Below are positions 21,889-34,481 of a DNA stretch of 64,000 bases, in pieces. Numbering within the stretch: the stretch's first letter is position 1; every line of letters begins with the position of its first letter. The stretch comes from Tubulanus polymorphus (taxonomy: Eukaryota; Animalia; Nemertea), in contig NC_134027.1 of assembly GCF_964204645.1 (NCBI RefSeq), forward strand, positions 3,752,485 to 3,816,484. Reading direction: 5' to 3'. Below the pieces are notes generated by a model that saw only the letters and a program-made list of their open reading frames with translations, made no database searches and had not been told where the DNA came from. The translations under genes and the position numbers were made by a program.

Positions 21889-23985
21889 TTATAAATGTTT
21901 TTCGAGACATGGAATCTTTTTAAGTATCTTAACGAACTCATTCTTGAACTGACGGTTAACGATTGCGTATAAAATCGGATTAATGGCTGCGGTGAATGAA
22001 GCCAGTGACAAAGCCGTTAGTTCAGCAGCATTAACCGCAAACCGGGCATCAAAGCGACTAGTTAGATTACACGTAACCATATACGTCACAGGTAAAGGTA
22101 ACCATATAAACAGAAAACTACCGATCACGACTGAAGCTCTTTTTGCCGCCTTTCCTTCCAATTTACGTTTTCCACGTTCTTTGTTTTTGTTTGTCATAAC
22201 GCAAACGGCACCGATCACATGTTCGTCAGTGGCCTGGGCCTCTGATTCGCGACCTTCGAAATCGACGACCTTGATGCTACGACCATTGAAAGCAACTGTA
22301 TCGACGTCCTGCTGGCGATGTTTTGGTCTAAATGCCACCGTCTCATCAGCTCCATTGTTCATATTCGCCGACAGAACACTAATTTGTTTTTTGGGTCTAA
22401 ATGACACAGTATCTTCAGCGTATTTTGGGGTTCGAAACGGGACGGTATCGTTCGGTTTATGTTCTAGTTTACTCGCGGGTCTAGATTGGACGGTGTCTGT
22501 TTGCGTATTTTCTGATTTAGATGTGGCACTTTTGCGTTCGTTAACCGATTCTAAAGTTGAGGTATCTCCCGGTTTTCTGGATGGGACAGTAACGGTTTCT
22601 TCCTCTTTTTCCCCTTTATCTTTAAATGCGCTTTTAGTATTTTTTTCCGACTGGACTGTTAGGCCATACTCATTTAGATGACAACCTACACTACCTTCCA
22701 CTCTCCCGGAAGGTATGCATGTGCCATCATTCTTCGTGATAACTTCTATCCCAGTATTAACACTTTTGTCATTATTGACTGCTTGCACCAATGAAGCTGC
22801 TCCGATGGATTTCTTAAGTGTGAAAGTATCGTTTTCTTTAGAATTCGATGGGGTCGTTTCTTGGTCAGTATCATCTTGTTTATCTGGTGCTAACCCTTTG
22901 TCATACAAGGTATCTTCTCCTGTATTGACTTTTCCCCTCTTAACCACATTCTGTTTATATTCAATATTTGATTTATAGCCTTCAGTAATATTAGGGTCGG
23001 ATGATTTGTTTAATGAATCACCTTCCGCAGAGGTTATTGTATTAATTTCTAGATGTTTCGCAGTATTATTAGACTCAACTGGTATTTCAACAGGTTTAAT
23101 TGCGATAACGTTTGTATTTATTCTTGGTGTGTCTTTGCAGTCTTTTTTATTCGAATCACTGAAAGATCTACGTCCGCCACGTTTATCACATGAATTACTG
23201 ACCGGTTCTATTTTCTGAATTAGAGAAGTCGCGAAGTCACTATTCGATGGTTCTGGCTTGACTTTGTTCTTCTTTCCTGTTAAAAGCTTATTGGTTGTTG
23301 CGGTATGCCTCCTCAATGCCATAATGATTTTCCCGTACAATGTCAATATTATGAACGTCGCTAAAACACTTATCGGCGCAAGGACTACATTCGAATACAT
23401 GTTTTGGTACGAATCCATATCGTAATATACATATGTACATCGAAGAAATGAAGGCGAATCGGCAAGAAATATAACTACTAAGATACTCATGATAAATCCA
23501 ATTCCCCATGAGAAAATTATACCCATTCTCACCCGGAGAACACGATTTTCCACGTCAAATGGGTTTGCAATTGCCTGGAACCGTTCGTAACTTATCGCCA
23601 CCAAGGTCGTTAGCTGGACGGTACACACGAGTATGGAGATAAACTCGTGAATAAAACATATACCTCTAGCTAGACCTTGAAAGTTCGCTGTCAAGATCAA
23701 AATAACAATTCGTAACGGCGTCGCCAAAACGGATGCAACTGTGTCGATTATGGCTAGATTTACCAGCAAAGCATTCATGGCAGTTTTGAGAACTTTGCTT
23801 CGACGGACGGCGAGGAAAACGAGTGTGTTGCCGAAAAGACCAGCAAAAACGGTGATATGCAGAAAAACGATGCATGAAATGGACACACCGATATTCAACG
23901 CATGTATATCAGAAAGCTGGTGTTTACAGCGGGTTTCAAACAATTTCGTTACGTTTGTGATATCGCATTGTGTAGAGTGGTTCAT
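21889..23985 (-). CDS. Class A GPCR (orphan) with a very long third intracellular loop, single coding exon
   Basis: GLFGNTLV (TM1), NLAIID (TM2), ISYERFQAIANP (TM3), about 385 hydrophilic residues after TM5, FIWLP (TM6) and INPILYAIVNRQFK (TM7/H8). First ATG at 23985 (MNHSTQC). Confidence 0.92.
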   Translation of the reverse strand: MNHSTQCDITNVTKLFETRCKHQLSDIHALNIGVSISCIVFLHITVFAGLFGNTLVFLAVRRSKVLKTAMNALLVNLAIIDTVASVLATPLRIVILILTANFQGLARGICFIHEFISILVCTVQLTTLVAISYERFQAIANPFDVENRVLRVRMGIIFSWGIGFIMSILVVIFLADSPSFLRCTYVYYDMDSYQNMYSNVVLAPISVLATFIILTLYGKIIMALRRHTATTNKLLTGKKNKVKPEPSNSDFATSLIQKIEPVSNSCDKRGGRRSFSDSNKKDCKDTPRINTNVIAIKPVEIPVESNNTAKHLEINTITSAEGDSLNKSSDPNITEGYKSNIEYKQNVVKRGKVNTGEDTLYDKGLAPDKQDDTDQETTPSNSKENDTFTLKKSIGAASLVQAVNNDKSVNTGIEVITKNDGTCIPSGRVEGSVGCHLNEYGLTVQSEKNTKSAFKDKGEKEEETVTVPSRKPGDTSTLESVNERKSATSKSENTQTDTVQSRPASKLEHKPNDTVPFRTPKYAEDTVSFRPKKQISVLSANMNNGADETVAFRPKHRQQDVDTVAFNGRSIKVVDFEGRESEAQATDEHVIGAVCVMTNKNKERGKRKLEGKAAKRASVVIGSFLFIWLPLPVTYMVTCNLTSRFDARFAVNAAELTALSLASFTAAINPILYAIVNRQFKNEFVKILKKIPCLEKHL

Positions 23986-26900
23986 GGCTTTCAGTGAGCA
24001 TTTTGCTCTGATGTAAATGCCATCCTCATATACAAACAAAGTTAGTCTTGCGACCTAGGTAACTGCTTATTAGTGTCCTTCTGTCAAGTTTCCTGCTTGG
24101 GAGTGTCTTAACACGTAATTATATCTTATGCGTTAGAGGATCCGTAGTGACGCTCATTTTCATTAGTCAGGTTTCGTGTTCACCATTTGGGGTTTCCTGT
24201 GATATCCTCTGTTGTAACAGTATCATCACCATGTCCTTAGATGACGCATCTAAAAATAAAGGCACAAGAAACAGTGACATAGGATTATCTATGAGTATGT
24301 GCATGTTGGCTGATAATGATTAAATTGAATTAAAAATAAAAATCAGAAATTAAAATATTTGTTCATGCTCCAAAAGTTCATTTTGCGCTTTAGATATCCG
24401 GTATATGGCTAGAGTGATATTAGATTAGTTTTTGGTTGCATAGAAAAATATATTGATGTTATTCTTAAACAAAAAAAAATCTCTTTCATCTCATCTCCAG
24501 TTATTCAGCACGTGCTCAAATAACTCGTCACAGGATCTATGGATGCACATATTTGTACTTGCAGTATTGATAATTTCAATGGTAATTGATGGAATGATAT
24601 TAAATCAGCTATCATATCAGTTAGCAATCAATTCTGAAGTTCGATTTATATTTCTACAATTTTGATAAACCGGTACCTAAATTATCGTTTTTACCATTTC
24701 ATTGATCGCTGATATTCATTTCAATATACATGTAGCGACGTATGGATTCTTTGATAATTCGATATTTTGAGACATTTCAGACACATTTCAAGAAATCACT
24801 ATTTCGTAATCACGTACTGACTGGATGCAATATTTGTTTGAAAGATCACAGGACAAATAAGTTAATTGCTACTGCTGTTAATTTATTTCACGTTCAGTGC
24901 TGATAATATATCAACCCATCAATCACACATCGCTCATAGGTCTCTTAGTTTCTAATGCACGGCGATTTGACAAAAAATGCATTGACATCGTGCAAACGCA
25001 CAATATTTGAAATGAAATGCGTGTCAAGTCCTAGTTGTGCAAAATCGAAGCAGTTGATTCCCACTGCTAATAATGAAATTAACTCGTAAGCAAAAACACT
25101 AAATTTCATTACTCTGCAGACCATAAATACTACAGCATATTCCCAGTAACCATATCATATCATATCATAGACTGTATTTTCAGCCAGTTCTAGTTTCACA
25201 TATTCAGTTTTCGAAGAAACGACAATAAAGAACATTCTTTTTCTTAGTTTTCTGTAGTTTGGTATCATTGTTATCGTTTTCACTAGGAAACCAGTAACAA
25301 TTGATATACACCTACCATCTGCGTAAATTGATATTTACGTAACATAACTGCGAAGAAAAAATATCGAAACAATGAATGATACGCGCCATAAATCTCTGTT
25401 ACTTCCCATCATCCGATTTACATTTTTTTCAATCAAAGCTCTCATCTAGTCGCATTCAAAAACTGCCGTGCTAAAACTGACATTCTATTCTTCTATGTAT
25501 ATAGAATTCATTGTCTCCTCGACGAGGCTGCAATTGTAGATATGCGCCATAACGGTTATGTAACAAAATTGATCTTAATTGACCAAGTGTCAAATTCAAG
25601 AAGCGATCATATTTCCGCATGAAACAAATTTCCACAAACGCTACTTGGATAGTTGGATAACAGCTCATTTGCATCTGTGGTATAATGTTTATATGTATCA
25701 TACGTTAGGAACAAGTATATATCTGATCTGATGAACATGCTAGTCTACGCCGTGTAACGTGAATCCAGTAAAACGTATAATTGGATGTCGTATCTAATTT
25801 CCCTGGAAGCTTTCAGAATTGTCAGAACAGGTAGACCTAGGCATACTACATAGATACGTCATGATTGAAAATATGACGAATTCGACCTGACAACTTTGTA
25901 GGAAAAATTTAATGTAAAAGTCTAATTATACGTGATTAACGTGCTTTCGAAGTAGTTTGTCCAAAAAATATTCGTTATTCGGATTTTTTGTCAATGAAAA
26001 CCATACTTTTAAGACATTTCAAGACGTTGTAACGTTGCTAATAAGGAAGAAAAACACCAGTGACCTACCTGCTGGACAGTAATAATCGTGCCTCCCAGTT
26101 GGACTCGCCAATTACTTATGTAATAAACGTAATGACGACGATTAAATGAAGGATAAGATCTGTCTACCGTACATAAATCGACGCATCCCGATTCTTAATT
26201 ACGGTTTACACGATGTAAATTCGTCCACTGCTAATGGACGTTCTTCCTTCTGAAGTTTTTCCTTGTATAACAGTCGAAACGTTGCCACGTTTTTCGAGCA
26301 ACAAATCGATGTCGCGAATTTTCAGCTTCGACAGATATGTCGATGTAATTGATTAATATATCTGGAAAAGATAAAGATAATCAGAAAAAGAGAATCAGAA
26401 AAACGAATTTGTTTCTTGAGCTCACAACTGGTAGAAAGAAATACTTTGAAGTGGGAGATGAGACTTCCTTTTCATTTGGAACATGCAGCAAAAGATTTAC
26501 TTTATGCAACATTACTGTTCTACATCAGGGTATGTTGTTCTTCTTTCTTCTCACTTCGATTCAGTCTAAACTAACGTAACTAAAATAGTTCTTGCAGAAA
26601 TCAATATCAGATGAGTCGCAGCCCATTTACAAAATGACGTTGTAAATATATTTCCCATCAACGTTTGACCACAAAAAGTGCCATAAGAAATGTATGTCTA
26701 CTCTCAAGAGCCAGCCATCGATTATATTTAATGGGAATTATTTTTTGCACCAACATGAAGAAATGTTGCATGTTCCCTGTGGCAAAATAAGATAATGATA
26801 ATAAAGTATATATTCAGTTCATGAACCAAGTAAAGAAACGTCGATTTGATGTCACTTATCAAAGGATCATCTAGAAATCGAAATCATTCTTCGGGATTTG

Positions 26901-29900
26901 TGGTTCCAAAGGGTTCTATGATGCTATATTAACAGTAATGGTTATTATACCTATTTGATTATTTGATATGCCATTACTTAAGAAGATGAAACCCTGCTTT
27001 CACATTGAGAGCAACGTCGAATAAGAGGAAATGCAATATCGTGCCTAAGAGTGTGCTAATTATGTACGAGGCAACTTTGTATTGATTCAAATCTATGTGA
27101 TTCCAACTTTGAAGAGGAAATCATCATTTAGCTAACGAGGGATTTGAAAATAAAACTTTGAACTTCCTGCATCGTCACAATATTCACCCTGCCTTACTCG
27201 ATGTAATATGATATAATCTATGTCTACATTCACCAGAGACCTCAATTATTTCCGTCATTATGATATTCGAGCCTAAACCGGTGACATTCGCAGAAGTATT
27301 TATCTTTGCGTGTTAGACTAGACCGAAATATTTGTATGGATTGTACACGGAAAGATGGGCAATGTTGTCACCGATCACGCAAGCGACTTGCTAATATAAA
27401 TTGAATTATGCTGACATATTGGAATCTTTTTCTGTATATAGCAACCGTTCCCAAACCATTAAGAAATAAAGAAGATTTTCTAAAATGATTCCTGGTATAT
27501 CGTTTTTATGGCGTTGATAAAAATTGAGTATGGAGTTTGTGAAATACATCGCTCAATAAATAATTCATATATTCCGATTACTGATATCTTGAGATGCATT
27601 TTGCTTGTGAATCACAAGCCAGTTCAGCCACAAACTTAGCATTGAATATTCTCATGAAATTATTCTTTCGAATATTAGTAGTAGATAATCAATGGCTCTG
27701 ATGTCAGTGTCGAGTGAAGGTGTATGTCACTTTGTCCACCTTGATTTCTAGAAGCAAGTTTCTCGCAGCTTACTAATTTTCAGTTACCATTCCATGATCA
27801 TCTGCTAATTGCATCCCAATCGTATTCTCGCGCAGGTGGGAAAACAGTCAACATACGGTGAAGGGTATCATCGCATATTCGTCTCTACCGTTTACCGAAA
27901 CCTTCACATTGTGAGAAATTGACACAGTTGTTACATAACGTCAGTAACATATTTTAGATATAAGTTCCATTTTCGTGTCCTCAAGAACATTTATATCAAA
28001 ATTTGATTGACTTTCAACACTCAAAATTCTTAACCACTTGCGTTTTCCTACTCGAGTTGTTTGAAAAAGACTGCCATGCATAAGTTCCCTATAGCATATA
28101 CAATTACGGCTGCCTAATGGCATGTCACGTAACATGGCATTCACTAAAAAAAGAAATATTCACCTATGGACTACAACATCAATATGATCTTTGATTGTTG
28201 ACAATGATAGCTATACATACACTTTCATAAATGGTAAACCGAATGTACTTCATAAAAAGAATTCATGATGCTACCACTCGTATAGTTCATCGTGTTTATT
28301 GGGATTATCCGTGGATGTGCGCAAATGTCATCTCGATTTTTCATCTGTTTGTCATATGATTCGGCTCTTGTGACAACTAATAACTATCAAATATATAAAT
28401 GCTAATAGCGGCGATACACGTTGGGTTTTCTACGAATACGGTGTCATGCAACTGCACGTATCTTTGTTTATGTAGAGCAAATGGAAAAAGTGAGGTTAGA
28501 AATTAGTAAGGAGAGAAAGTGTTAATTGAATATTTGTGTTATACCCGATACACAACTAGTGTATCACATGAAAATACTAACGTATTGTATCATGATTTGT
28601 GCGTATACACGTGACCAAGAGAGAGAGAGAGACGAGGAGAGAGGGGGAGATGAAAAGAAGTAAAGAAGACGGATGAGAGGAAAAATAGTGGAGTTGGGAG
28701 AAATCCTTTTGGACACAGACAGGCCGTTGTTGATAGTCATGTGAAGAAAATGTTAGTTATGCATTTAAGTGTACATTTAATACGTATTTACCTTATCATA
28801 CGTAATTGCAAAATCAAAATTCCAAAACAAATATTGAGCAGTGGACGGAATCGGTGCAAATCCTTGATATAAAATCCATATTCACCTATCACCAGCAGAC
28901 GCATTGATCGACAAGCATTTTGTTGACGCATCGCAGTAGCAGTGTCACGCATGCGAACACTAGTCCCTCTCGATCACAAATCAAAGCCTTTTTTCTTAAT
29001 GGGTTTGCTTCGATAATATAGCGATAAAAGAGCAAAATACTTTTAGTTGATTTTGAATCGATGATCAGTCGATAGTTGCGTACACTTCGTTTCGGTCGAT
29101 ACTGTCACAATTCGTCACCTTACGATGCAAGTACAAAACATCAGTTTGATCCGTAGCTTATTCCGAAGTATCAATGATCATGATATTTAGAACCTTTCGA
29201 CGGTCAAAACATGGACTGAATTCATGGTGAAGTCATGAAGTCGACCTATTAATAAAACATTACAGAACCATTTATGTGACAGAGTACTAGCATTGTTGTA
29301 CGGAGCTGCTCATAGTCACATTCTACCTATAAAGAACATTTTACGGATGTTGTGCGAAGCTGCGTTGTAGTCAAAAGCTCATAATTTACTGCTGAAAACG
29401 ACGTGACAGAAATTTAGAACTATTCCTGTGACATAAAGTATTTGCATACCCATTTATCACTACTTTTAATGGCTCAACAATGACATCCTCTCAGCGTGAG
29501 CGTTGTTAAAGGTTCTAGATTTCTTCACCTACAGACCCTGTAACGTAAATACTATGTATTGATTTTGTGCCCCATGCAAATGTAATATCTTTTTTGAACT
29601 TATCCGAAATGCTTTAGTTATGAATATATACATTAACAAACTATTCCAAATACTTCCAACGTTCAGACTCGAACCTGGTCCATAAATGAATGGTTATCTT
29701 TCTACCCATAGGGGAATAAACAAAAATTCCATCCATCCAATATACAAATCGAGAATAATTCTTCCATATAAAACTGATACTGAATTTCCGCGTACCTTTT
29801 TATGTGAAATATTATATATCAAAATTCTATTAAAATTCTATCAAACAAAATATCAAACACTATTTTTAAACGCCCTCGTTCGTAAGCGAACAGCATGAAT

Positions 29901-30594
29901 GGACCGTTATGTGCCGTGTAGAAAATAAAGCTGAATTTGATTGATCGTACGAAAATAACGGATGATGGCAAAGATATGATGGAGGTCGTAAAATACGTAA
30001 GATTAAATCCTCTGCATAATCATCATCCATCACTTCGACCGAACAACGCAGAAGATTATTAATTCATAAAAGCCTTATATAGTTGCTTGTGTTGTCGATG
30101 ATCGTTACAATTGGAATCCACTTATTTTCGATAAATATTGTATCATTTCTTTAATGTAGCTCGTGCTCGTGGCCAAGTGAAACTGAAAAAAATACGAACA
30201 GAACCGATCGAACAGTTTACACCGGGATTCTGTGTCGGGGTTCTTGTAAAAGCAGTATTCTCTCACTTCGTCATAATAACACGATAATAACAGCAATTCT
30301 GATAACGAGCGTCTTACAGTATTTGTTCATCGATCGGTATAGGGCGGGTGTGTGGAATTGACTGAATGGAGTTCAAGTTTTAATCTCGTAGCGCGAACTT
30401 ATCAATTAGATGGTTGAAATTAATTCGGGTAGGGTAATCTTTGTAAAAGGAGTAAGATACTCAAGTCATTGCGTAGAAAATTTGCCGATTCTGTCCGATT
30501 TCCTATTGAATAAAAACTACAGCCTTATAAACAACAATAATATAAAAATATTATAATATAAACCTGTAGTTTCATTCATTTGATTCACTTGTGT

Positions 30595-30640
30595 TTCACC
30601 TGATGAGAGAATATGCATGCGATCCCGAAAACGTTCCCGT
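30595..30640 (+). ncRNA. Decayed Penelope-type hammerhead ribozyme remnant
   Basis: CTGATGA (30600-30606), an imperfect stem II, then GAAA (30627-30630) and ACGTT. Confidence 0.35.
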
Positions 30641-32537
30641 TGATAAACTGCTTTTATTCATTAGAAAATGAATGAGATTTATATCGTTATCGCTTCTATA
30701 TCTCTTGATATTCATTATTCATAGTTAAAAACTGTCATCTCCTAAGATTAGATCTAGTGCTAATTTGTAATTGAAATCAGTAATTTGATTTGTATCGTTT
30801 CTATTCGACACCGACTATGCGTCACTGCCGCGCGATAGTTTTTTAGTTTGTCGATGCAAGAATAGACCGTAAATGATTCTACTTCGTTACCGGAGATGAA
30901 ATCGAATTTCCACCTCGTGCGACGGATGTAATCTCTATCTATCTATCTCTCTTTCCGTTCATTTGAAATTCAATCGCTGTTAACTAACGTGTGCAATGTA
31001 TTTGCCTATTTCAACACGTCAGCGTGTCATCTGAACACCTATTTTAGCTGTCAAAAACGGTTTGTAACTTTCCCGAAGCATGATCGAAAATATAACAGCT
31101 CTCGTGAATTCACGGCAAAAACGAATATTCTATTGACTAAGATATGCACATTTGACATGCCATGAAATCTACGCGCATAGCTCGCAGTACAGTTCAAGAG
31201 TCAGAAGTTTTTATTACTGGATTTAAAACAGTCGAATCATCCGTTAAATTGATTTTTGTGATTATTTCAAAAAGCATCATACGGGGGCCTATACCATGGC
31301 ATTTATTTATGATGAATTGAATAAATAGTCTCTCAACTAGATTTTGAAACATATCTGATGATTCGATATGCGAACCGTGCGCTAATCATATGATTCACCG
31401 GCTTTTACTAATGATGTGTGAAGCATGTGATATTGACTGCAATTCTGCAGTCAACATTGATGGTTCGATGTTGGTTTCGAGAAATGACGAAATGACAGTG
31501 CCCCAGTGTCGTCACCTGTACCAAATTTACCTTGATTATTGTTTTTAAAGCTGTCAATATGCTATTTTCAAATTCAATGCATCCCGATGCGCAGAGCTAG
31601 AGTGTATGAATATATAAAGGTTAAGTAAAGAATGTATATGCCTCTACGCGAGAGAGGGGTCAACCGCCGACCGAGGATCGATCTCGGGATCGTCCTATCC
31701 ATTCGGCCACGTTCGGTCGGTTAACCGAATCTCGTCGGAAATGTAACAATCACTGTTTGTTGTCTATGGAAAAATCCGATGGTATAAGATTGCATTCGTA
31801 CGAGATGTCATGCCTCTGAAGATATCATACTCCATTTCTCACATTCCCTGAATAATGAATCAGTCACTATTTCGATGCGCAGATGATAATAGTCGTATGA
31901 AATTATAGAGATTTAATGACGGGTGTTGGCGAGAATGACGCTAATTTTCATGCATCTCACCTTTGAGGCGATCGACCATAAATTGATTTATCATACGTGC
32001 TCCACAGAAAGTGTCGGGTTCGTGAAATAGCAATGGGATCACCTCAAAAAATCTAGGAAGAACTCTTATGCATATATTTGAAATGTATGATAAATACATT
32101 TTGTACCAGATTTTCCTGATGCGTTAGATTTATAATGGACAAGGACAGTTATATATACCGCACTGAACCCGAGGGGATGAGAAAAAGAAGAATAGATGAT
32201 TTGCGTTATAAATTTACACAATGGTTATATCAACGTTGAAAAGGGATTAAATGGAATAATCAACACACAATGCTAAGTTTACTCGATTATCAATATTTAC
32301 GTCCGATCACAATGAATAAGAAATCATGTCCGCCTTTATATTCTGAATAAGATGAATTTTTCACATTATAGATTAGAATTCTGAAATAGAAGAATAGCAT
32401 TCATCGATTCATGTTGCATTGTCCTGCACCATAGTTGCGCTTGATTTAATTCATTAGATTAGGTTTATTGAAACTTAGATCATAATTCAATTCGAACACC
32501 GTTCGGACAATACACAACTTAACAAGCTTTAGTACAG

Positions 32538-33503
32538 ATGACGGAAAACATGGAAAACGGAACGAATGTTTATGTGATGGAGATTGGGAAGCCGTTCTTG
32601 ACGTCAATCGTATTCGAAATACTACCGATAAGGGCCAATAGAAATACATTTCTCAGGAAGTTTGCATTGGTTGTAATTCCGACGGTTTACGTGATCGGAT
32701 TCATAGGAAATTTGTGCAGTTTCTTTACGATGACCAGTAAGCGATTTCGTGGCATGTCGTTTGCGATCTATTTAGCTGCACTGGCCGTAGCTGATTTCGG
32801 TTCGAGCCAAGCGTTCTTTCTTCCTTTACCGAACTACATCACCGGTACTATACTGGTCCGGTTTAGTGGATACTGGTGTCCGATATACGCATTTGTTATC
32901 CACATATTTCTAAACATGAGCTCTATATTGGTTGTGGTAATATCTCTCGAAAGACTGATATTAGTAGTCGCCCCGTTTACAGGGCGAGTCATGTGCACGG
33001 CCAAATTTGCCAGGACGGTGGTAGCCTTCGCTACGTTTCTATCAACGGCACTTTCGTTGTACTACTTTCCATTCGTGAAATACGAAGAGCGCTTCGGGTG
33101 TTACATGACACGTTGGGAGCAACGGTTTAATTTCATATTTTCGGTAAGCGTATTGTACTACGTACCTACGTTATTAATCACTATTTTCAACGTGATCATC
33201 ATTTCGAATTTGCGACGTCAACAAAACTTTGGCTCGGGAAATAAAAGCGCACAAGCGTTAAGAATAACCATAATGCTGGTGTCCATGTCTCTGTTGTTCA
33301 TTGCAACTACGTTCCCACCTGCCCTATCAAGCACTATTACTGGAGTGATGGCCAAAAAGCCGAGCTTTGTCGAAACTCTCAACGCCATAACGTCCGCTCT
33401 TCAATCATTCAATTACGCATCTAATTTTTACATGTACTTGCTTACCGGAAAAGAAGTGCGAGTTTACTTCCTACAACAACTGAAATGTTGTTGTTGTAGA
33501 TAA
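32538..33503 (+). CDS. Class A GPCR, orphan peptide-receptor-like/putative chemoreceptor, single exon; similar in type to the 14.8-kb receptor
   Basis: GFIGNLCSF, YLAALAVAD, ISLERLILV, YYVP and FNYASNFYMY; C-terminal KCCCCR Cys cluster (palmitoylation-like); AATAAA at 33540. Confidence 0.9.
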   Translation: MTENMENGTNVYVMEIGKPFLTSIVFEILPIRANRNTFLRKFALVVIPTVYVIGFIGNLCSFFTMTSKRFRGMSFAIYLAALAVADFGSSQAFFLPLPNYITGTILVRFSGYWCPIYAFVIHIFLNMSSILVVVISLERLILVVAPFTGRVMCTAKFARTVVAFATFLSTALSLYYFPFVKYEERFGCYMTRWEQRFNFIFSVSVLYYVPTLLITIFNVIIISNLRRQQNFGSGNKSAQALRITIMLVSMSLLFIATTFPPALSSTITGVMAKKPSFVETLNAITSALQSFNYASNFYMYLLTGKEVRVYFLQQLKCCCCR

Positions 33504-33756
33504 AGCATAACATTTACAGTATATAATGCTGTAATTTTGAATAAAAACTAAAAACCAAAAAATAATACCGTAACAAACATAAACGTTTCAATTAATTAAG
33601 CTTTTCCATACGTAATGTTGTTTTTTAGTAACGCTGTGTCAGTTCTGATGTTGTTTCTCGTTTAAAGCTCTTGAAAGTGCTTGAACAAGTGTGTTTTATA
33701 TCATTTTCGGTAAGATAGAGGCGTTAATTTGCTATCGAGATGATAAATGCACACCA

Positions 33757-33861
33757 TCATCTTAGTCCAATTCAGGTGGGTTTTCGACTTATAGAACCCA
33801 GTTTCTGTCTCTGGATCGGGTTCTATAAAGTCGAAAACCCACCTGAATTGGACTAAGATGA
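33757..33861. repeat. Near-perfect palindrome (~43-bp arms, ~18-bp loop), probable Penelope-like inverted remnant
   Basis: CATCTTAGTCCAATTCAGGTGGGTTTTCGACTTATAGAACCC pairs with GGGTTCTATAAAGTCGAAAACCCACCTGAATTGGACTAAGATG (one indel). Confidence 0.8.
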
Positions 33862-34481
33862 AAGACTTCGTCAACTCTCCGACGAAGACCGATCCCACCT
33901 ATATATAATCCTATTGTGCAGTGAAGTCGGAACGATGCCCAGTAAATCAAATTGAGAATTTTTTTTACTAAGAGGTTTAGATTCAGTGTGACGACTTATC
34001 TAATGACTGGTGACTTGAGCGAGTTTGCAGTAATTTCAATAATTTCTGTTTTGAATGATATTGTTATTTAATACAAATATATATGAATGGCCATACATTT
34101 TTTAGTATACATATATAATATGGTATATACGAAATCATATAACAAAATAATTGTCACGTTATCAAGGAACCATTGATTTAAATATATGTTCCTCCATTCG
34201 AAATAATACCATCAACAGTAGTTAATGATCTCAGCGAGTAAAATAGAAATGTCATTAAAAGATCTATATGCTTAATACAATACTAGCGTTTCCCTGTAAA
34301 ACATTAAAATTGATTATATCTTATATTGTAGTCGGTATACTCCACCTACTCCAAAGAAATCGAAGTTAAATGTATTTCAAAAGTTTACTGCCTATAAATA
34401 TCAGTGAAAGACTTTCAGAAATCATTAAAAATTCAAGATTCGCCACAAAGAACAGAGAGATAATTGAGTCAATGAGTTCGG

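Noticed and set aside
21983-23218. Long plus-strand ORFs (232, 87 and 70 aa)
   Set aside because: Antisense shadows of the GPCR coding sequence, with no independent motifs.
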